Origin: a virus
Lineage: Duplodnaviria; Caudoviricetes
Direction: 5' to 3' (one strand)
Virus record (IMG/VR): IMGVR_UViG_3300033405_000179
Location: 1 to 24,277 of that record
Length of the DNA stretch: 24,277 nucleotides
The first letter of the stretch is position 1; each line of letters begins with the position of its first letter. The notes under the pieces were generated by a model. The model saw nothing but the letters and a program-made list of their open reading frames with translations. It was not told where the DNA came from and did no database searches. Below are positions 1 through 9,324 of this stretch, piece by piece. The translations under genes and the position numbers were made by a program.

Positions 1-1622
1 CGTTCCCCAAAGCGGTTGATCAATCCTTGGTCGCTCTCTTGCGTGACTTCGGGAGCATACTGGTTGCTGCGATTGTCCCACTGTACCTGCACGACGTTGT
101 AAGCGTCCTGCCACGCCGAACGAGTGACCTTGACCGGGTCGGTGCCCTCTTTGGCTACAAAGCAAGTGTCATCGAGAGCCACGACATAACTCGACGGAGC
201 TACCCATGTGTAGCCATTAGCCGCTGTGGTCGTGTCCCCGTAAGGCGCCAGTTTAAGCAAACCTTCACTCATGAATGCCGCACACATCCCAGCCTCCAGC
301 CACTTGCTCATGGTTGACGCTGCGGAGTCTTGCGAGTCCATCACAGGGGAGATAAAGAAATTGTTAGCCGCAAACCAGTTGTAGGCTGTGCTATTGTTTG
401 CTCGCGTACCACCTGTGCTGGTCGCACTGCCCCAAGTGCCGCTTGTCCCGTTATCTAATACTGAGGTCGGGAATGGTACGGCACCCACCCCCAATCCCCA
501 TACGGAATTGGTCAACACTTGCGTGATGCACTGGACTGGGTTGCAATCCTGAATACCGCCACCCATAGCGTCCGCTGTCACGACCTCAAATGTGTTTTCC
601 TGTATCTCAGCAGAGCTTCCCAGCCACATGGGTTGGTAGAGGACCGTAGCAATACCCGTGTACCCGAGGGCCGCTCCGGGGAAACTCGAAGTCAGGAAGC
701 TGTAGGGTAATTGCCCAGCGGCTCCAGTGTTGAGCGTGAAGTTAAGGTTGCTGCTCTCACCTGTAGCCACAGCGTTAGGGTCGGTGACTTGGTACGTGAT
801 CGTGACCTCAACCCCAACGTCACCAGAGGCAAACTTATAAGTGGCTGGTGCAGAGCCTGACACCGAGTAGGTGCCTGTCGCCGATGGTGTGCCCGTAACC
901 TTGGTCAGAGCCACGCCTTGGTTAGAGCCACTCGCATAGACAACACCGAGGTCAGAACTAAACTTGAGGTTGCCGCCTACACTAATGGATTTGCCAGATG
1001 GAATAATATCGTTCTCTTGCTGGTTTTCGACCGTTAGGTTGTAGCTGTAGTTAACCGTTACCGTCTTACCACTGTCGGTAGTGCTGAAGTCATACGTGCC
1101 CGTGCTCGGAGTATAAGTGTACTGCCCACTACTCGGATTAGAGGACACCCTGACCATGCGTGCTTGGTCGGTGCCACTTAACACAGTAGCTGAGGGAGCG
1201 CAAAAGTCGTTGTATGAGCCGCTGTAGGTGGTTGCTACACTTACTCCCAAGTCGTTGGCAAAGGTGAAAGCATTAGTAACCGTATAGGTTGGCGAGCTGC
1301 CAGAGATGGTGCACGTCTCAGCAGCGTGTGGTTGACCGAGCCAGCTTTGCCCCGTCCAGATGTCGCCAATTCCGCTTACTGTGCCGTTGCACAAACCCGC
1401 GATGACATCAGCGGTGTACGTGTAGCTCGATACTCCACCGCCACCCTTGCCACCACCGCTGGATTGCTTCTGAGAGCTAAACCCATCCTCCCAGAGAATC
1501 GACTGCTGTATCTTAGCCGTGCCCATGACGGTTGGTAGCGGATAGCCGAGCTGTGATTGATTGACCCTTACGCCAAAGTATTTCTCGGGTTTGTTGCCAC
1601 CTCCACCACCGAAGATACCCAT
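1..1622 (-). CDS. Large tail tip / host-specificity protein (J-like, GTA-type), N-terminal 540 codons; 3'-truncated by the window edge
   Basis: Not in the ORF track. Manual translation from ATG 1622 (TAATG overlap with the upstream stop) is open to base 1: MGIFGGGGGNKPEKYFGVRVNQSQLGYPLPTVMGTAKI...GGGKGGGGVSSYTYTADVIAGLC...YNVVQVQWDNRSNQYAPEVTQESDQGLINRFGE. The GxPxPxVxG and GGGKGG motifs, and the position after DUF2460-DUF2163-NlpC, are typical of this class. Confidence 0.85.
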   Translation of the reverse strand, partial: MGIFGGGGGNKPEKYFGVRVNQSQLGYPLPTVMGTAKIQQSILWEDGFSSQKQSSGGGKGGGGVSSYTYTADVIAGLCNGTVSGIGDIWTGQSWLGQPHAAETCTISGSSPTYTVTNAFTFANDLGVSVATTYSGSYNDFCAPSATVLSGTDQARMVRVSSNPSSGQYTYTPSTGTYDFSTTDSGKTVTVNYSYNLTVENQQENDIIPSGKSISVGGNLKFSSDLGVVYASGSNQGVALTKVTGTPSATGTYSVSGSAPATYKFASGDVGVEVTITYQVTDPNAVATGESSNLNFTLNTGAAGQLPYSFLTSSFPGAALGYTGIATVLYQPMWLGSSAEIQENTFEVVTADAMGGGIQDCNPVQCITQVLTNSVWGLGVGAVPFPTSVLDNGTSGTWGSATSTGGTRANNSTAYNWFAANNFFISPVMDSQDSAASTMSKWLEAGMCAAFMSEGLLKLAPYGDTTTAANGYTWVAPSSYVVALDDTCFVAKEGTDPVKVTRSAWQDAYNVVQVQWDNRSNQYAPEVTQESDQGLINRFGE

Positions 1623-2080
1623 TACTCACCACCTACGTATTCATCGCGCAGCGTGAAGAATCGCTTCTCCAACCTGCCGAACTTGAAATTCTTACCATGC
1701 CCGGAGATGACGCCTTGAAACTCCACCGCATGAATGATGTGCTCAGGCCATGCAACGACTATTGCGGCGTGCGCGAAGGCCAAGCCGAGCCTGTACACCA
1801 CCACATCTCCCGGCAGCGCCTCTGCCTCCGTGATCTCTCGCATGTACTTGTTCACATAGTCGATGTAAGTGGTGTCCTTGCGGTGCTGGAACACTTGCAG
1901 GGAGTAATTCTCGGGCAGCGTGATACCGTCATTGCAGTGACCAGCTTCTTCAAATACACCTTTGAGAAGTTGCCCACAATCGACCCCAGCACCTTTGACA
2001 CAAGACCACCCCCGGTAGGGTGTGCCTATCCAGCACTTGGCTACATCTACGATATGTTGTCTTTGTTCGTTAGTAAGCAT
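1622..2080 (-). CDS. NlpC/P60 family phage tail peptidase
   Basis: WIGTPY..GVDCGQL (catalytic Cys), PGDVVVY, HAAI and IIHA motifs. Start moved to MLTNEQ (2080), just after the upstream stop at 2082. Confidence 0.9.
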   Translation of the reverse strand: MLTNEQRQHIVDVAKCWIGTPYRGWSCVKGAGVDCGQLLKGVFEEAGHCNDGITLPENYSLQVFQHRKDTTYIDYVNKYMREITEAEALPGDVVVYRLGLAFAHAAIVVAWPEHIIHAVEFQGVISGHGKNFKFGRLEKRFFTLRDEYVGGE

Positions 2081-2081
2081 G

Positions 2082-2999
2082 TTAGATAGCCTGAGATGGA
2101 ACAGGAACGTAAGGCATCCCGCCAAAGTGAATGAGATTGTTAAACTGTTGGCTGCATTGCGTCATAGTCTTCGAGCAGCCCGCGATTACGCTAAACGAGT
2201 CGCCCACTGCCGGAGTCAGTAGCCACGGAGCCGTTAGCTCCAGATGGCCGGAAGTGTCGTGCAGCTTGACGGTTTGGCTCAGCCCAGCATTGGCTCCTGC
2301 TGTGCAAGTGACCACGCCTTGCGTGAAGTAGCCAGCCGATTGACTGAATGTCGTGCTCGGAATCATTACCCATTGCGTCGTGCCTGAGGCAGCGGTGAAG
2401 TTCGTGGTGTAGCTGCTGGCGGTCAGGCCACAGTTGGCGTCACAGAACGACCATGGGCAGTTGGATTGAATGATTCGAGTGGGAACCTTCAGATTGAGCA
2501 AGTACAGCGGATCGGCACACTCGAACTCAACCTTCACGCGGTTGATGTCATTGATCTTGGTGATCGTGCCGTAGAATTTGGTTTCCAGCCCCGCGCTGAT
2601 GTTGCCGTATTGCCCTAAAGGCATATAAGCCGTGTACACAGTAACTGTTGCAGCATCAAACAAGTTATTGACGGCAGCTTGCAGAATCCCCACGTTCATG
2701 CCCTTGTACCACGCTCCTTGCTGCGGAGCACAGGTAAGGGTCATGGTGTTGGCGTTCATGTTGAAGGCCGCTTCGCTTGTGATAGGACCACGTGACCACA
2801 TGCCATACTTGGTTGAGCGGAAAGTTTGAGCGGCACCGCTGTATCCGGATGTTCCGGCTGCTACGGCTATATCGAATTGCCCGTCCGTCGTGGTCAACAC
2901 CTGTCCGTTGGGCAGATTGATGAGGAACAAATCTGCACGGATGCAGTTGGGGTTCTGTTGCAAGAACGTGATTAGGGATGCGGGCATGAGGCGCTTCAT
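2082..2999 (-). CDS. DUF2163/BR0599-family tail hub protein
   Basis: C-terminal GCSKTMTQCSQQFNNLIHFGGMPYVP and internal NCPWSFCDANC cysteine motifs; synteny between DUF2460 and NlpC/P60. Confidence 0.85.
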   Translation of the reverse strand: MKRLMPASLITFLQQNPNCIRADLFLINLPNGQVLTTTDGQFDIAVAAGTSGYSGAAQTFRSTKYGMWSRGPITSEAAFNMNANTMTLTCAPQQGAWYKGMNVGILQAAVNNLFDAATVTVYTAYMPLGQYGNISAGLETKFYGTITKINDINRVKVEFECADPLYLLNLKVPTRIIQSNCPWSFCDANCGLTASSYTTNFTAASGTTQWVMIPSTTFSQSAGYFTQGVVTCTAGANAGLSQTVKLHDTSGHLELTAPWLLTPAVGDSFSVIAGCSKTMTQCSQQFNNLIHFGGMPYVPVPSQAI

Positions 3000-3661
3000 T
3001 ACACGCCTCCTGCATTTGCGATAGCGCCATAGGTGGTGCCAGCAACGAACTCGCTCGTGAACTTAATTCCTTGGAACATCCACTGGTCAACACCACTGTT
3101 GATCGTGTACGACCGCACAGCATCAATCGTGTCCTCGCTGAATCGGCATAGGTAGTAGAACGATCCCGTCCATGTCAGCGTGACATTGTTAGCGGGTGCT
3201 GCCGGGAACATGACCACACCAGTTGAACTGATAGACCAGTTGGCGTTGATCGTGCCGTTGACGTAGATCGTCGGCGAGCCATTAAGGTTCTGGATGATGT
3301 CCGGCTGCCCGTTGATATTGCGGGAAAGCTGGAACGCTGTATTGCTTCCGTTCGTCTGCCCAGTCCCGAACTGTGCGCCCACCACGGAGTTGTCCTGGGG
3401 ATCGGTGAACAGGAAAGGATTTGCGCCGCCAGCGGTGGCCATAAACGTCCCAAGGAACTGAGCCACCACGCTGGCCGCTGTATGCTCATGTCCCGTGACG
3501 TGGTCAAGACCGAACTCGAACTGCCACACCGGGTAGGGCTGGAGCGCGATGGCATTGGTGATGCCCGCCGCAGTCTTCTGCCGCACGGTGTTGAACACCG
3601 GGGTTTTCTTCAAGCCACTGGCCATACTCAGCGGCATCGTTGGCATAACGTAGCACGACAT
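2999..3661 (-). CDS. DUF2460-family distal tail protein
   Basis: FLFTDPQD, FGTG..TAFQL, GVVMFPAAPANNVTLTWTGSFYYLCRF motifs; directly follows the tape measure gene. Confidence 0.8.
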   Translation of the reverse strand: MSCYVMPTMPLSMASGLKKTPVFNTVRQKTAAGITNAIALQPYPVWQFEFGLDHVTGHEHTAASVVAQFLGTFMATAGGANPFLFTDPQDNSVVGAQFGTGQTNGSNTAFQLSRNINGQPDIIQNLNGSPTIYVNGTINANWSISSTGVVMFPAAPANNVTLTWTGSFYYLCRFSEDTIDAVRSYTINSGVDQWMFQGIKFTSEFVAGTTYGAIANAGGV

Positions 3662-6072
3662 TAGCGATTACACTTTCTCAGCACGTTGACGATGTGCCGC
3701 TGGAATATGGCGCTATGCTGAGCCAGCATTGCGTCAACCCCTGTTGCGTCAACCGCATGAATCTGGGGTGCATAGTGCATGTGAACGGTGGAACCAGCTT
3801 TCTCTCCACCGAATGACTCGGCGCGTTCCACGCGGTCGGTCAGAGCCTTGGTTACAACCGTCTCACCAGCGTGGCCGATGATTGGGACAGGGCCATTGGA
3901 GCCAGGAATCTTTCCACCGATTTCAAACGACATGGCAGCGGCAAACGCTTGAGCACCCATGGCTGGGGCCATCGCGTCAATCGGCCAAGGTGCCGCAGAC
4001 CACGAGGCCACCATGTTGGCACCCGCCAACTGCGCTGCTGACGCTTTTCCCGTTTGGTCGGTTGTCTTCTGGAAGACATTGGCAAGCGTGTGAGTGATAA
4101 TCCACTGCTCCAGCCAGCGCACCAGCATGGAAATCATGGATTCCAGCATCTGCTCGGCCTCTTTTTTCACAGCTTGCCCGAGTGACTTGTTCTCCACGAT
4201 GCACTTTGCCATGCTGTTTGCAAAGTTGTCAGTGAACTGCGTGATGCTGCTTTGCAGGTTGACGCGGATCTTCGTGCTCAAATCCATCGTCTCTGCCATC
4301 ATGTGGGTGAAGTAGTTACCCCATGAGCTGTTGAGCTTCTCCGCCTCCGTGTGGGTAGCAGAGAGTTCTGACGCATATTGCTTCGTCAGTGTGTTGAGTT
4401 GCGCCTGTAGCTGGATTTTCCGCGCCAGCGCCTCGTTCTGCTTTGCGGTGTCACCAAGGTGGCCAGCCTTGGCAGCATTGGCGGCCTCAGCTTCTATCTC
4501 GTGAGCGAGCGCTTCTTCCTTAATCTTCTCTTCTTGCCGGATGAGTTCGATCTTCCGAGCGAGGTATTGCTGCTGAGTTTCCAGACCCAGCTTGTTCAGT
4601 CGCTCGTTAGCATCTTCGTCTTTCTTTACGGAGTCGAGCTTGATGGATTCTTCTCGTTTCTCCGTGGCGAGTGCCAGCTTAGTCTTCGACTGGTTGAGCT
4701 CTTCGGCGAGGCGAAGAGATTCCGCCGCAGCGCTACGCTCAGCATCACTCCTACGCTTTTCGGCATCGATGTTTGCATTGGCAACCTTGTCGGCTAAGGC
4801 TATTTGCTCATTACTCCATGCCTTATCCAGCTCCGCACGCTTAGCCGGGTCACCCTCTGCTGCCCGTGCTTTTTTGTAAGCAGCTTCTTTTGCGGCAGCC
4901 TCAGCCGTGACTGCATTAACTGTGGCATCACGCTCAGTGGCTATCGCGGTCAGCTCTGCTGAGAGCTTCTCGGCTGGAGAGAGCTTGCTGTCTGCCTCTT
5001 TTTGTGCCAGCGCCATTTCGGCTAAGCTGATAGTCTGCGCCTTGATTGCATTAGCGTGTGCAATAGCTCCGGCTGCTGCGGTATGCTCAAGCTCAGCCGC
5101 TCTCTTTAGCGGCTCAAGATTGGCTTCCTTTTGCTCGTCGGATGCAACCGTTTCGCGCTTCTTGCCATTTTCGAGAACCTGATTAAGATTCTTGACCTCG
5201 TTCGCTGTTGAGGTTGCCGCTGTGCCGATAGATAGCAGCATCTCAGAGTTGCCCTGGTACTTTGGCTTAAGGTCGTCAAGAGCCTTTTTCTGCGCATTTA
5301 GCGCGGAGATAAGACCTTGCTGCGCTGTCTTTTCTGCTTCCGAGCCAGCCGGAGTCTCTGCTAATTTCCTACGCGCAGCCTCCACCGCATCCAATTGGTT
5401 CTGTACTTCGAACAGAGCATTGGTGGTTGTCCCATAACCCTTACCCTGCCCAACGCCTGAGAATGCGTCCACCACCCCACGCTTGAGTCTTTCCCATGGG
5501 CCGAGCTGGCCCTCGATGGCTTTGTTCATCGCCTGAAAATCAGACGAATACTTGGCAGCGAGGTCGTCAACGGCGATGGAAGTCTCAAGGATGGCTTCCT
5601 TCATGTAGTTGTGCGCTGGCTTGTGCTCTAGCTTGGCAATCTGGTCGTCCAGCTTGAGGTTCGTGAGGTCTAGCTGTTTAGTCTGGTCGGATTGCTTGAC
5701 TGCCGCAGCCGTGGCTTCAGCACCAGCCTTGCTGATGGCCTCTGCCAATGCACGCTGGCGCTCGATGAGCTTACCAACAACCTCAATGCCAACGACCACA
5801 CCAGCGATTGGGAGCATCATGGCAAAAGCAGCACCCACGCCGGGAATCTCGGCCAGCAGGGTGTTGAGATGGCGCGGGAGCCGAACACCAATGGATTCTT
5901 CCACGAGCATCAAGCCGCCACGAGCCTTCGTCATGCTCGCATCCATGGCGTCGCCAGTTTCGCTGGACGTGCCCTTCAGATCGGCAAGGTCTTTCTTGAC
6001 CTTCCCCATATCCTCACGGAACTGCGCGGTCTCTGCTTGCAGCTTGACGATCAGTGCGCCAACTTCCGACAT
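3661..6072 (-). CDS. Tail tape measure protein (803 aa)
   Basis: N-terminal VGALIVKLQAETAQF, long Ala/Glu/Lys-rich helical body, C-terminal FEIGG..PIIGHAGETV; follows the chaperone pair. Confidence 0.9.
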   Translation of the reverse strand: MSEVGALIVKLQAETAQFREDMGKVKKDLADLKGTSSETGDAMDASMTKARGGLMLVEESIGVRLPRHLNTLLAEIPGVGAAFAMMLPIAGVVVGIEVVGKLIERQRALAEAISKAGAEATAAAVKQSDQTKQLDLTNLKLDDQIAKLEHKPAHNYMKEAILETSIAVDDLAAKYSSDFQAMNKAIEGQLGPWERLKRGVVDAFSGVGQGKGYGTTTNALFEVQNQLDAVEAARRKLAETPAGSEAEKTAQQGLISALNAQKKALDDLKPKYQGNSEMLLSIGTAATSTANEVKNLNQVLENGKKRETVASDEQKEANLEPLKRAAELEHTAAAGAIAHANAIKAQTISLAEMALAQKEADSKLSPAEKLSAELTAIATERDATVNAVTAEAAAKEAAYKKARAAEGDPAKRAELDKAWSNEQIALADKVANANIDAEKRRSDAERSAAAESLRLAEELNQSKTKLALATEKREESIKLDSVKKDEDANERLNKLGLETQQQYLARKIELIRQEEKIKEEALAHEIEAEAANAAKAGHLGDTAKQNEALARKIQLQAQLNTLTKQYASELSATHTEAEKLNSSWGNYFTHMMAETMDLSTKIRVNLQSSITQFTDNFANSMAKCIVENKSLGQAVKKEAEQMLESMISMLVRWLEQWIITHTLANVFQKTTDQTGKASAAQLAGANMVASWSAAPWPIDAMAPAMGAQAFAAAMSFEIGGKIPGSNGPVPIIGHAGETVVTKALTDRVERAESFGGEKAGSTVHMHYAPQIHAVDATGVDAMLAQHSAIFQRHIVNVLRKCNR

Positions 6073-6555
6073 TTATTGCTCGCTTTCTTCTGGCTTCAAA
6101 TGTGGCCACATCTGGTTAAACAACTCTTCGGCGTTGGTGTATCCACTGGCCTTGAGATCACTGATAGCCTTCGTGCGTACCTCGTGCAGTCGCTCTATTG
6201 GCGTCGTCATAGGCATGTTGCCGATAACCTTCTGGATGTACTTCTTTGCTTCGCGCAGTTTCTCTTTACGCTTGGCACTCTCTTCGTCCCTGACAAAGTC
6301 AAACGCACTGATCATCGGGTCATCCGAGCTATGGCGATTGACGTTGTACACCGCACTGGCTGTAATCGCGTTGGCATAGCGGTCATACCTAATCCGCACG
6401 TTGCGCCTCTTGCATAAGGCTTGAAACATTGCCGGGGTTAGTTCCTCAAACTCTTCCCAGCTCAACCCAAGGTCGTAACGTGCAACAGCCCACAGCTCCA
6501 GCCACGTTTCCGGGGGACGCTCTAGATATTCGTCGTCCCCGTCTGAGGGTTTGGG
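6073..6555 (-). CDS. Tail assembly chaperone, frameshift extension (gpT part of gpGT)
   Basis: The -1 frame is open from the slippery site at 6549-6555 and reads PSDGDDEYLERPPETWLELWAVARYDLGLSWEEFEELTP. The ORF-track start (TTG 6465) is probably not a real start. Confidence 0.8.
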   Translation of the reverse strand, partial: PKPSDGDDEYLERPPETWLELWAVARYDLGLSWEEFEELTPAMFQALCKRRNVRIRYDRYANAITASAVYNVNRHSSDDPMISAFDFVRDEESAKRKEKLREAKKYIQKVIGNMPMTTPIERLHEVRTKAISDLKASGYTNAEELFNQMWPHLKPEESEQ

Positions 6556-6926
6556 TTGGCAGTTGCACCCGATTCCTTTGCTGCCTTCTCGTATGCCTCT
6601 TTAATGCCGGGAAAACAAAGCTCGAAGATGGCATCCGACAACAGCCGTTGAGCCTCTGGATTCAGCATGTCTTTGACTTCATCCAGCGTGACTTCGGGGT
6701 TGTACTTGTCGAGGCCACCCCAGACGATTACTGGAAAATCCTTCCCCGAAGACAGGTCTTTCCAGTCTTCAATCTTCTTAATGTCCTTGCCGATGGCCTC
6801 TTCGATCTTGGCAATGGCGCGATAGGTGTATGCCAACTTCCAGACCTTTGGTGCCGTGGCTCCGTCATCTGTGTCAATTTCCAGCGTGAAATGCGGAGTG
6901 GTGCGAGCTTTAACCAATGATTCCAT
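6522..6926 (-). CDS. Tail assembly chaperone (gpG-like)
   Basis: 134 aa between tail tube and tape measure; LAYTYRAIAKIEEAIG motif; AGGA Shine-Dalgarno; slippery heptamer near the 3' end. Confidence 0.8.
   Translation of the reverse strand: MESLVKARTTPHFTLEIDTDDGATAPKVWKLAYTYRAIAKIEEAIGKDIKKIEDWKDLSSGKDFPVIVWGGLDKYNPEVTLDEVKDMLNPEAQRLLSDAIFELCFPGIKEAYEKAAKESGATANPNPQTGTTNI
6549..6555 (-). promoter_or_regulatory. -1 programmed ribosomal frameshift site C CCA AAC
   Basis: XXXYYYZ heptamer in the correct phase of the gpG-like ORF; a -1 slip enters the frame of 6073..6465 with no intervening stop. Confidence 0.8.
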
Positions 6927-6940
6927 GTCGATCCTGTTAT

Positions 6941-6964
6941 GAGGGGTGAGTCACCCCACCCCTC
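6941..6964 (-). terminator. GC-rich hairpin after the tail tube gene (attenuator or mRNA stabiliser)
   Basis: GAGGGGTG (6941-6948) / CACCCCTC (6957-6964), 8-bp stem; no U tract. Confidence 0.45.
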
Positions 6965-6970
6965 GGTTAG

Positions 6971-7390
6971 TTATGCGTAGGTTTTGGGGCCGGTAATCTT
7001 GATCTTCAGGTCAAACGCTGCGGGCTTGTCCAGGGGCCAGGACGGGGTGAAGCTCTCCACGATACCGGTGAACGCGCAGCTATTGGAGGTGCCGTAGAGA
7101 ACCTTCATGGCGACGGCCTGACCAGCAAGGCGGATGGCTTCAAGGCCAACTTGCGTGGTGTCTCCCGGCAGGAAGAATCCCTTGACGTCGCAGGTTCCGG
7201 GATCCTGGGTGGAAGCCATGAAGGTGTCCACGCCGTTGGTAGTGGCCATGGTGGTGGTCTTTTCCGTGGCAACCTTGTCGCCGCTGATGGCAGCGGAAGT
7301 GACACCATTCATGGTTGTGAAGGTGGTGGGGCTGGCGACGGTGGCGTACTCAAAGCTATCACCGATGCCGACAATTGGAGTTCCGGGCAT
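6971..7390 (-). CDS. Major tail tube protein
   Basis: 139 aa, Thr-rich beta protein with DPGTCDVKGFFLPGD, FTGIVESF and terminal IKITGP motifs; upstream of the chaperones. Confidence 0.85.
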   Translation of the reverse strand: MPGTPIVGIGDSFEYATVASPTTFTTMNGVTSAAISGDKVATEKTTTMATTNGVDTFMASTQDPGTCDVKGFFLPGDTTQVGLEAIRLAGQAVAMKVLYGTSNSCAFTGIVESFTPSWPLDKPAAFDLKIKITGPKTYA

Positions 7391-7392
7391 AG

Positions 7393-8085
7393 TTAGTTAC
7401 CTTTCTTCTTGCGGCGAATCGCCGTGATGAATTGTTTGGGAAGTGCATCCTTCGGCACCGCTGGGAATTGCCGGTGGCCGAACGGTGGCGGGCATTGGCT
7501 GTCTCCGTGTGCGCGGGCAACCATAAGTTGCCCGGCATCGCACGAATCAAGCTGATTGGCGGCAAGCGCAGCCGACTGAAAGTCTTGATCCTCTATACCC
7601 GTCGAGGGGAAGGGATGCTTCGCCCACCAGATCTTGAGGTAGCACTGTGAAGAGCCGCAAGCGTAAGGTGGGTGGTTGCGTCCGGGGTTGGGCTCATAAA
7701 GATACCGATAGGCATTACCGTTGCTCGTGTCGTAGTACAGGATCGAGTGCCAACCCGTTACAGCCTTGCCCGTCTCTTGCAAGCGTTTGACTTGCTCTTC
7801 TATCCGGGTGGGTGCATACCAGTCATCGCAGTCCCAAGTAATGCAGATTTCGCCGTTGGCGTAGGACGTGCCAAGGTTGCGAAGAGCGCCAACTGGCTGC
7901 CGGGGTACGCGGTAGTAGCGGATACGCTCATCCTGCGGCAACAGGTGTTCGATGGTCTGGCCATCGGGGTTGTTATCGAGGATGATCAGCTCGCGGTTGG
8001 CGTATGTCTGATCCAAAAAGCACTGCACGGCAAGCAACGCCATCTCGCCATAGCAGGCCGGCATGATGCATGAAACTAATGTCAC
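7393..8085 (-). CDS. Family 2 (GT-A fold) glycosyltransferase
   Basis: LVSCIMPA, FLDQTYANRELIILD, GALRNLG, WDCDDW (DxD) and GIED motifs. Confidence 0.9.
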   Translation of the reverse strand: MTLVSCIMPACYGEMALLAVQCFLDQTYANRELIILDNNPDGQTIEHLLPQDERIRYYRVPRQPVGALRNLGTSYANGEICITWDCDDWYAPTRIEEQVKRLQETGKAVTGWHSILYYDTSNGNAYRYLYEPNPGRNHPPYACGSSQCYLKIWWAKHPFPSTGIEDQDFQSAALAANQLDSCDAGQLMVARAHGDSQCPPPFGHRQFPAVPKDALPKQFITAIRRKKKGN

Positions 8086-8091
8086 AGTGTT

Positions 8092-8490
8092 TTAACCCTT
8101 CTTGTTTTCGAGGTCTTGTAGCAGTCCGACGAGTTCGGTCTGGAATATGTCGAGACAGCGATCTTTGCTGGACTCCCAGGCGCGGCCCATCCAGTGCTGG
8201 CCTTGCTGGGTGCTGGTTCCGAACTCCTGCAATGAACCCCAGAACGCCGGCTTTTCCGGGCCGATCTCGACGGTCATCGTCGTTTCGTCATCGCCGTTGT
8301 CGAAGCTGGTTGAATAGCTCAGTTGCTCTTCGAGGACGCCGACGCCGACAGGGACCGTCTCGGCCATGGCGTCAAGCACGACCTTGGCGGCCGGCTCCGC
8401 GCAGCGTTTCAGATATCGTTTGGCAGCTTTTGGGGTCTGCTCAGTCAACAGGTCCGATAGCTCGGACAAGCCTTCAATCTCAATAGGCAT
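8092..8490 (-). CDS. HK97 gp10-like tail completion protein
   Basis: IEIEGLSEL, VPVGVGVL, LQEFGTS, WMGRAWE motifs. Start reassigned to MPIEIEG (8490). Confidence 0.85.
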   Translation of the reverse strand: MPIEIEGLSELSDLLTEQTPKAAKRYLKRCAEPAAKVVLDAMAETVPVGVGVLEEQLSYSTSFDNGDDETTMTVEIGPEKPAFWGSLQEFGTSTQQGQHWMGRAWESSKDRCLDIFQTELVGLLQDLENKKG

Positions 8491-8525
8491 AGTGTTTGTG
8501 GGTACTGCGGAGTGGGGGTTAGGTG

Positions 8526-8948
8526 TTATACAGCGGAGCGATACCACACGCGGAATTCGAGCAGAGCCTGGTAGATGAAACCTTTGCCACCCTCTTCGTA
8601 AGGCATATCCCAGTCTTTTGTTGTCAGGATGGAAGCCACTGAGGTTGCATCAGCATCAGGCAGTGTGCCGTGGTAGCCTTCGAGAATGCCGCGGACGGCC
8701 GCGGCGATCTTGCGTGACTGATAGTAAGTGATGCCGTAACAGTCCACCTGGAACAGCGCACCGCGGAAACCTAACGAGCCTTGGAAGGCTTGGGTGTCTT
8801 GCGTGGTCACGCGGGATAGCACGATGTACGGGACACTGGCGTTCTTCGGCGCAAGCACCCAGTACACTCCCTGTCCGTTGGCTGTGTTGACCAGCGCAGT
8901 AATCGCCGAGTTGGTCTGGAGGATCTCCAGCAAGCCTTGCTCTACCAT
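8526..8948 (-). CDS. Tail terminator protein (DUF3168-like)
   Basis: PYIVLSRV, FQVDCYG..AAAVRGIL motifs; position among the head-tail genes. Confidence 0.8.
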   Translation of the reverse strand: MVEQGLLEILQTNSAITALVNTANGQGVYWVLAPKNASVPYIVLSRVTTQDTQAFQGSLGFRGALFQVDCYGITYYQSRKIAAAVRGILEGYHGTLPDADATSVASILTTKDWDMPYEEGGKGFIYQALLEFRVWYRSAV

Positions 8949-9322
8949 GTCGGCATACCTGTTACGTCGTTATCCACAAAGGTCCAGATGTGCAGCTCTA
9001 CCATCTGGCCGTCTGGATCGCTAATGGATTCAATGTTGTGAAGCTGACCGCGCACCATGATCTGCATACCGCTATCAATGCTGTACGCTTTGGGATAGCG
9101 AATGATGATCTTGTAGCTCGATTGACCCTCGCGTGACTGCGGCTTGTCCAGTTCTTTACCGCGCCACTGCGCTACGTTGGCGTGGGTCGTGCCGACCGTA
9201 GTCGGCGGCAACGGCGTACCGTCTGCCGCCTGTCCGGCGTTGGGCTGGATGATCGAGATTAGCGTATTGAGCTGCGATGCGGAGAGATACCGGACGTTGG
9301 TGCTTAGCTTTCTCGGAAGCAT
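8942..9322 (-). CDS. Head closure / head-tail adaptor (SPP1 gp16-like)
   Basis: QLNTLISI, YKIIIRY..GMQI..HNIESI motifs; synteny. Confidence 0.8.
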   Translation of the reverse strand: MLPRKLSTNVRYLSASQLNTLISIIQPNAGQAADGTPLPPTTVGTTHANVAQWRGKELDKPQSREGQSSYKIIIRYPKAYSIDSGMQIMVRGQLHNIESISDPDGQMVELHIWTFVDNDVTGMPTW

Positions 9323-9324
9323 GA

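Noticed and set aside
1-1622. Apparent gene-free region or pseudogene at the left end
   Set aside because: Manual translation shows one uninterrupted frame; the track omitted it only because its stop lies outside the window.
8970-8978. Second perfect DnaA box TTATCCACA
   Set aside because: Isolated and inside a coding sequence; probably chance.
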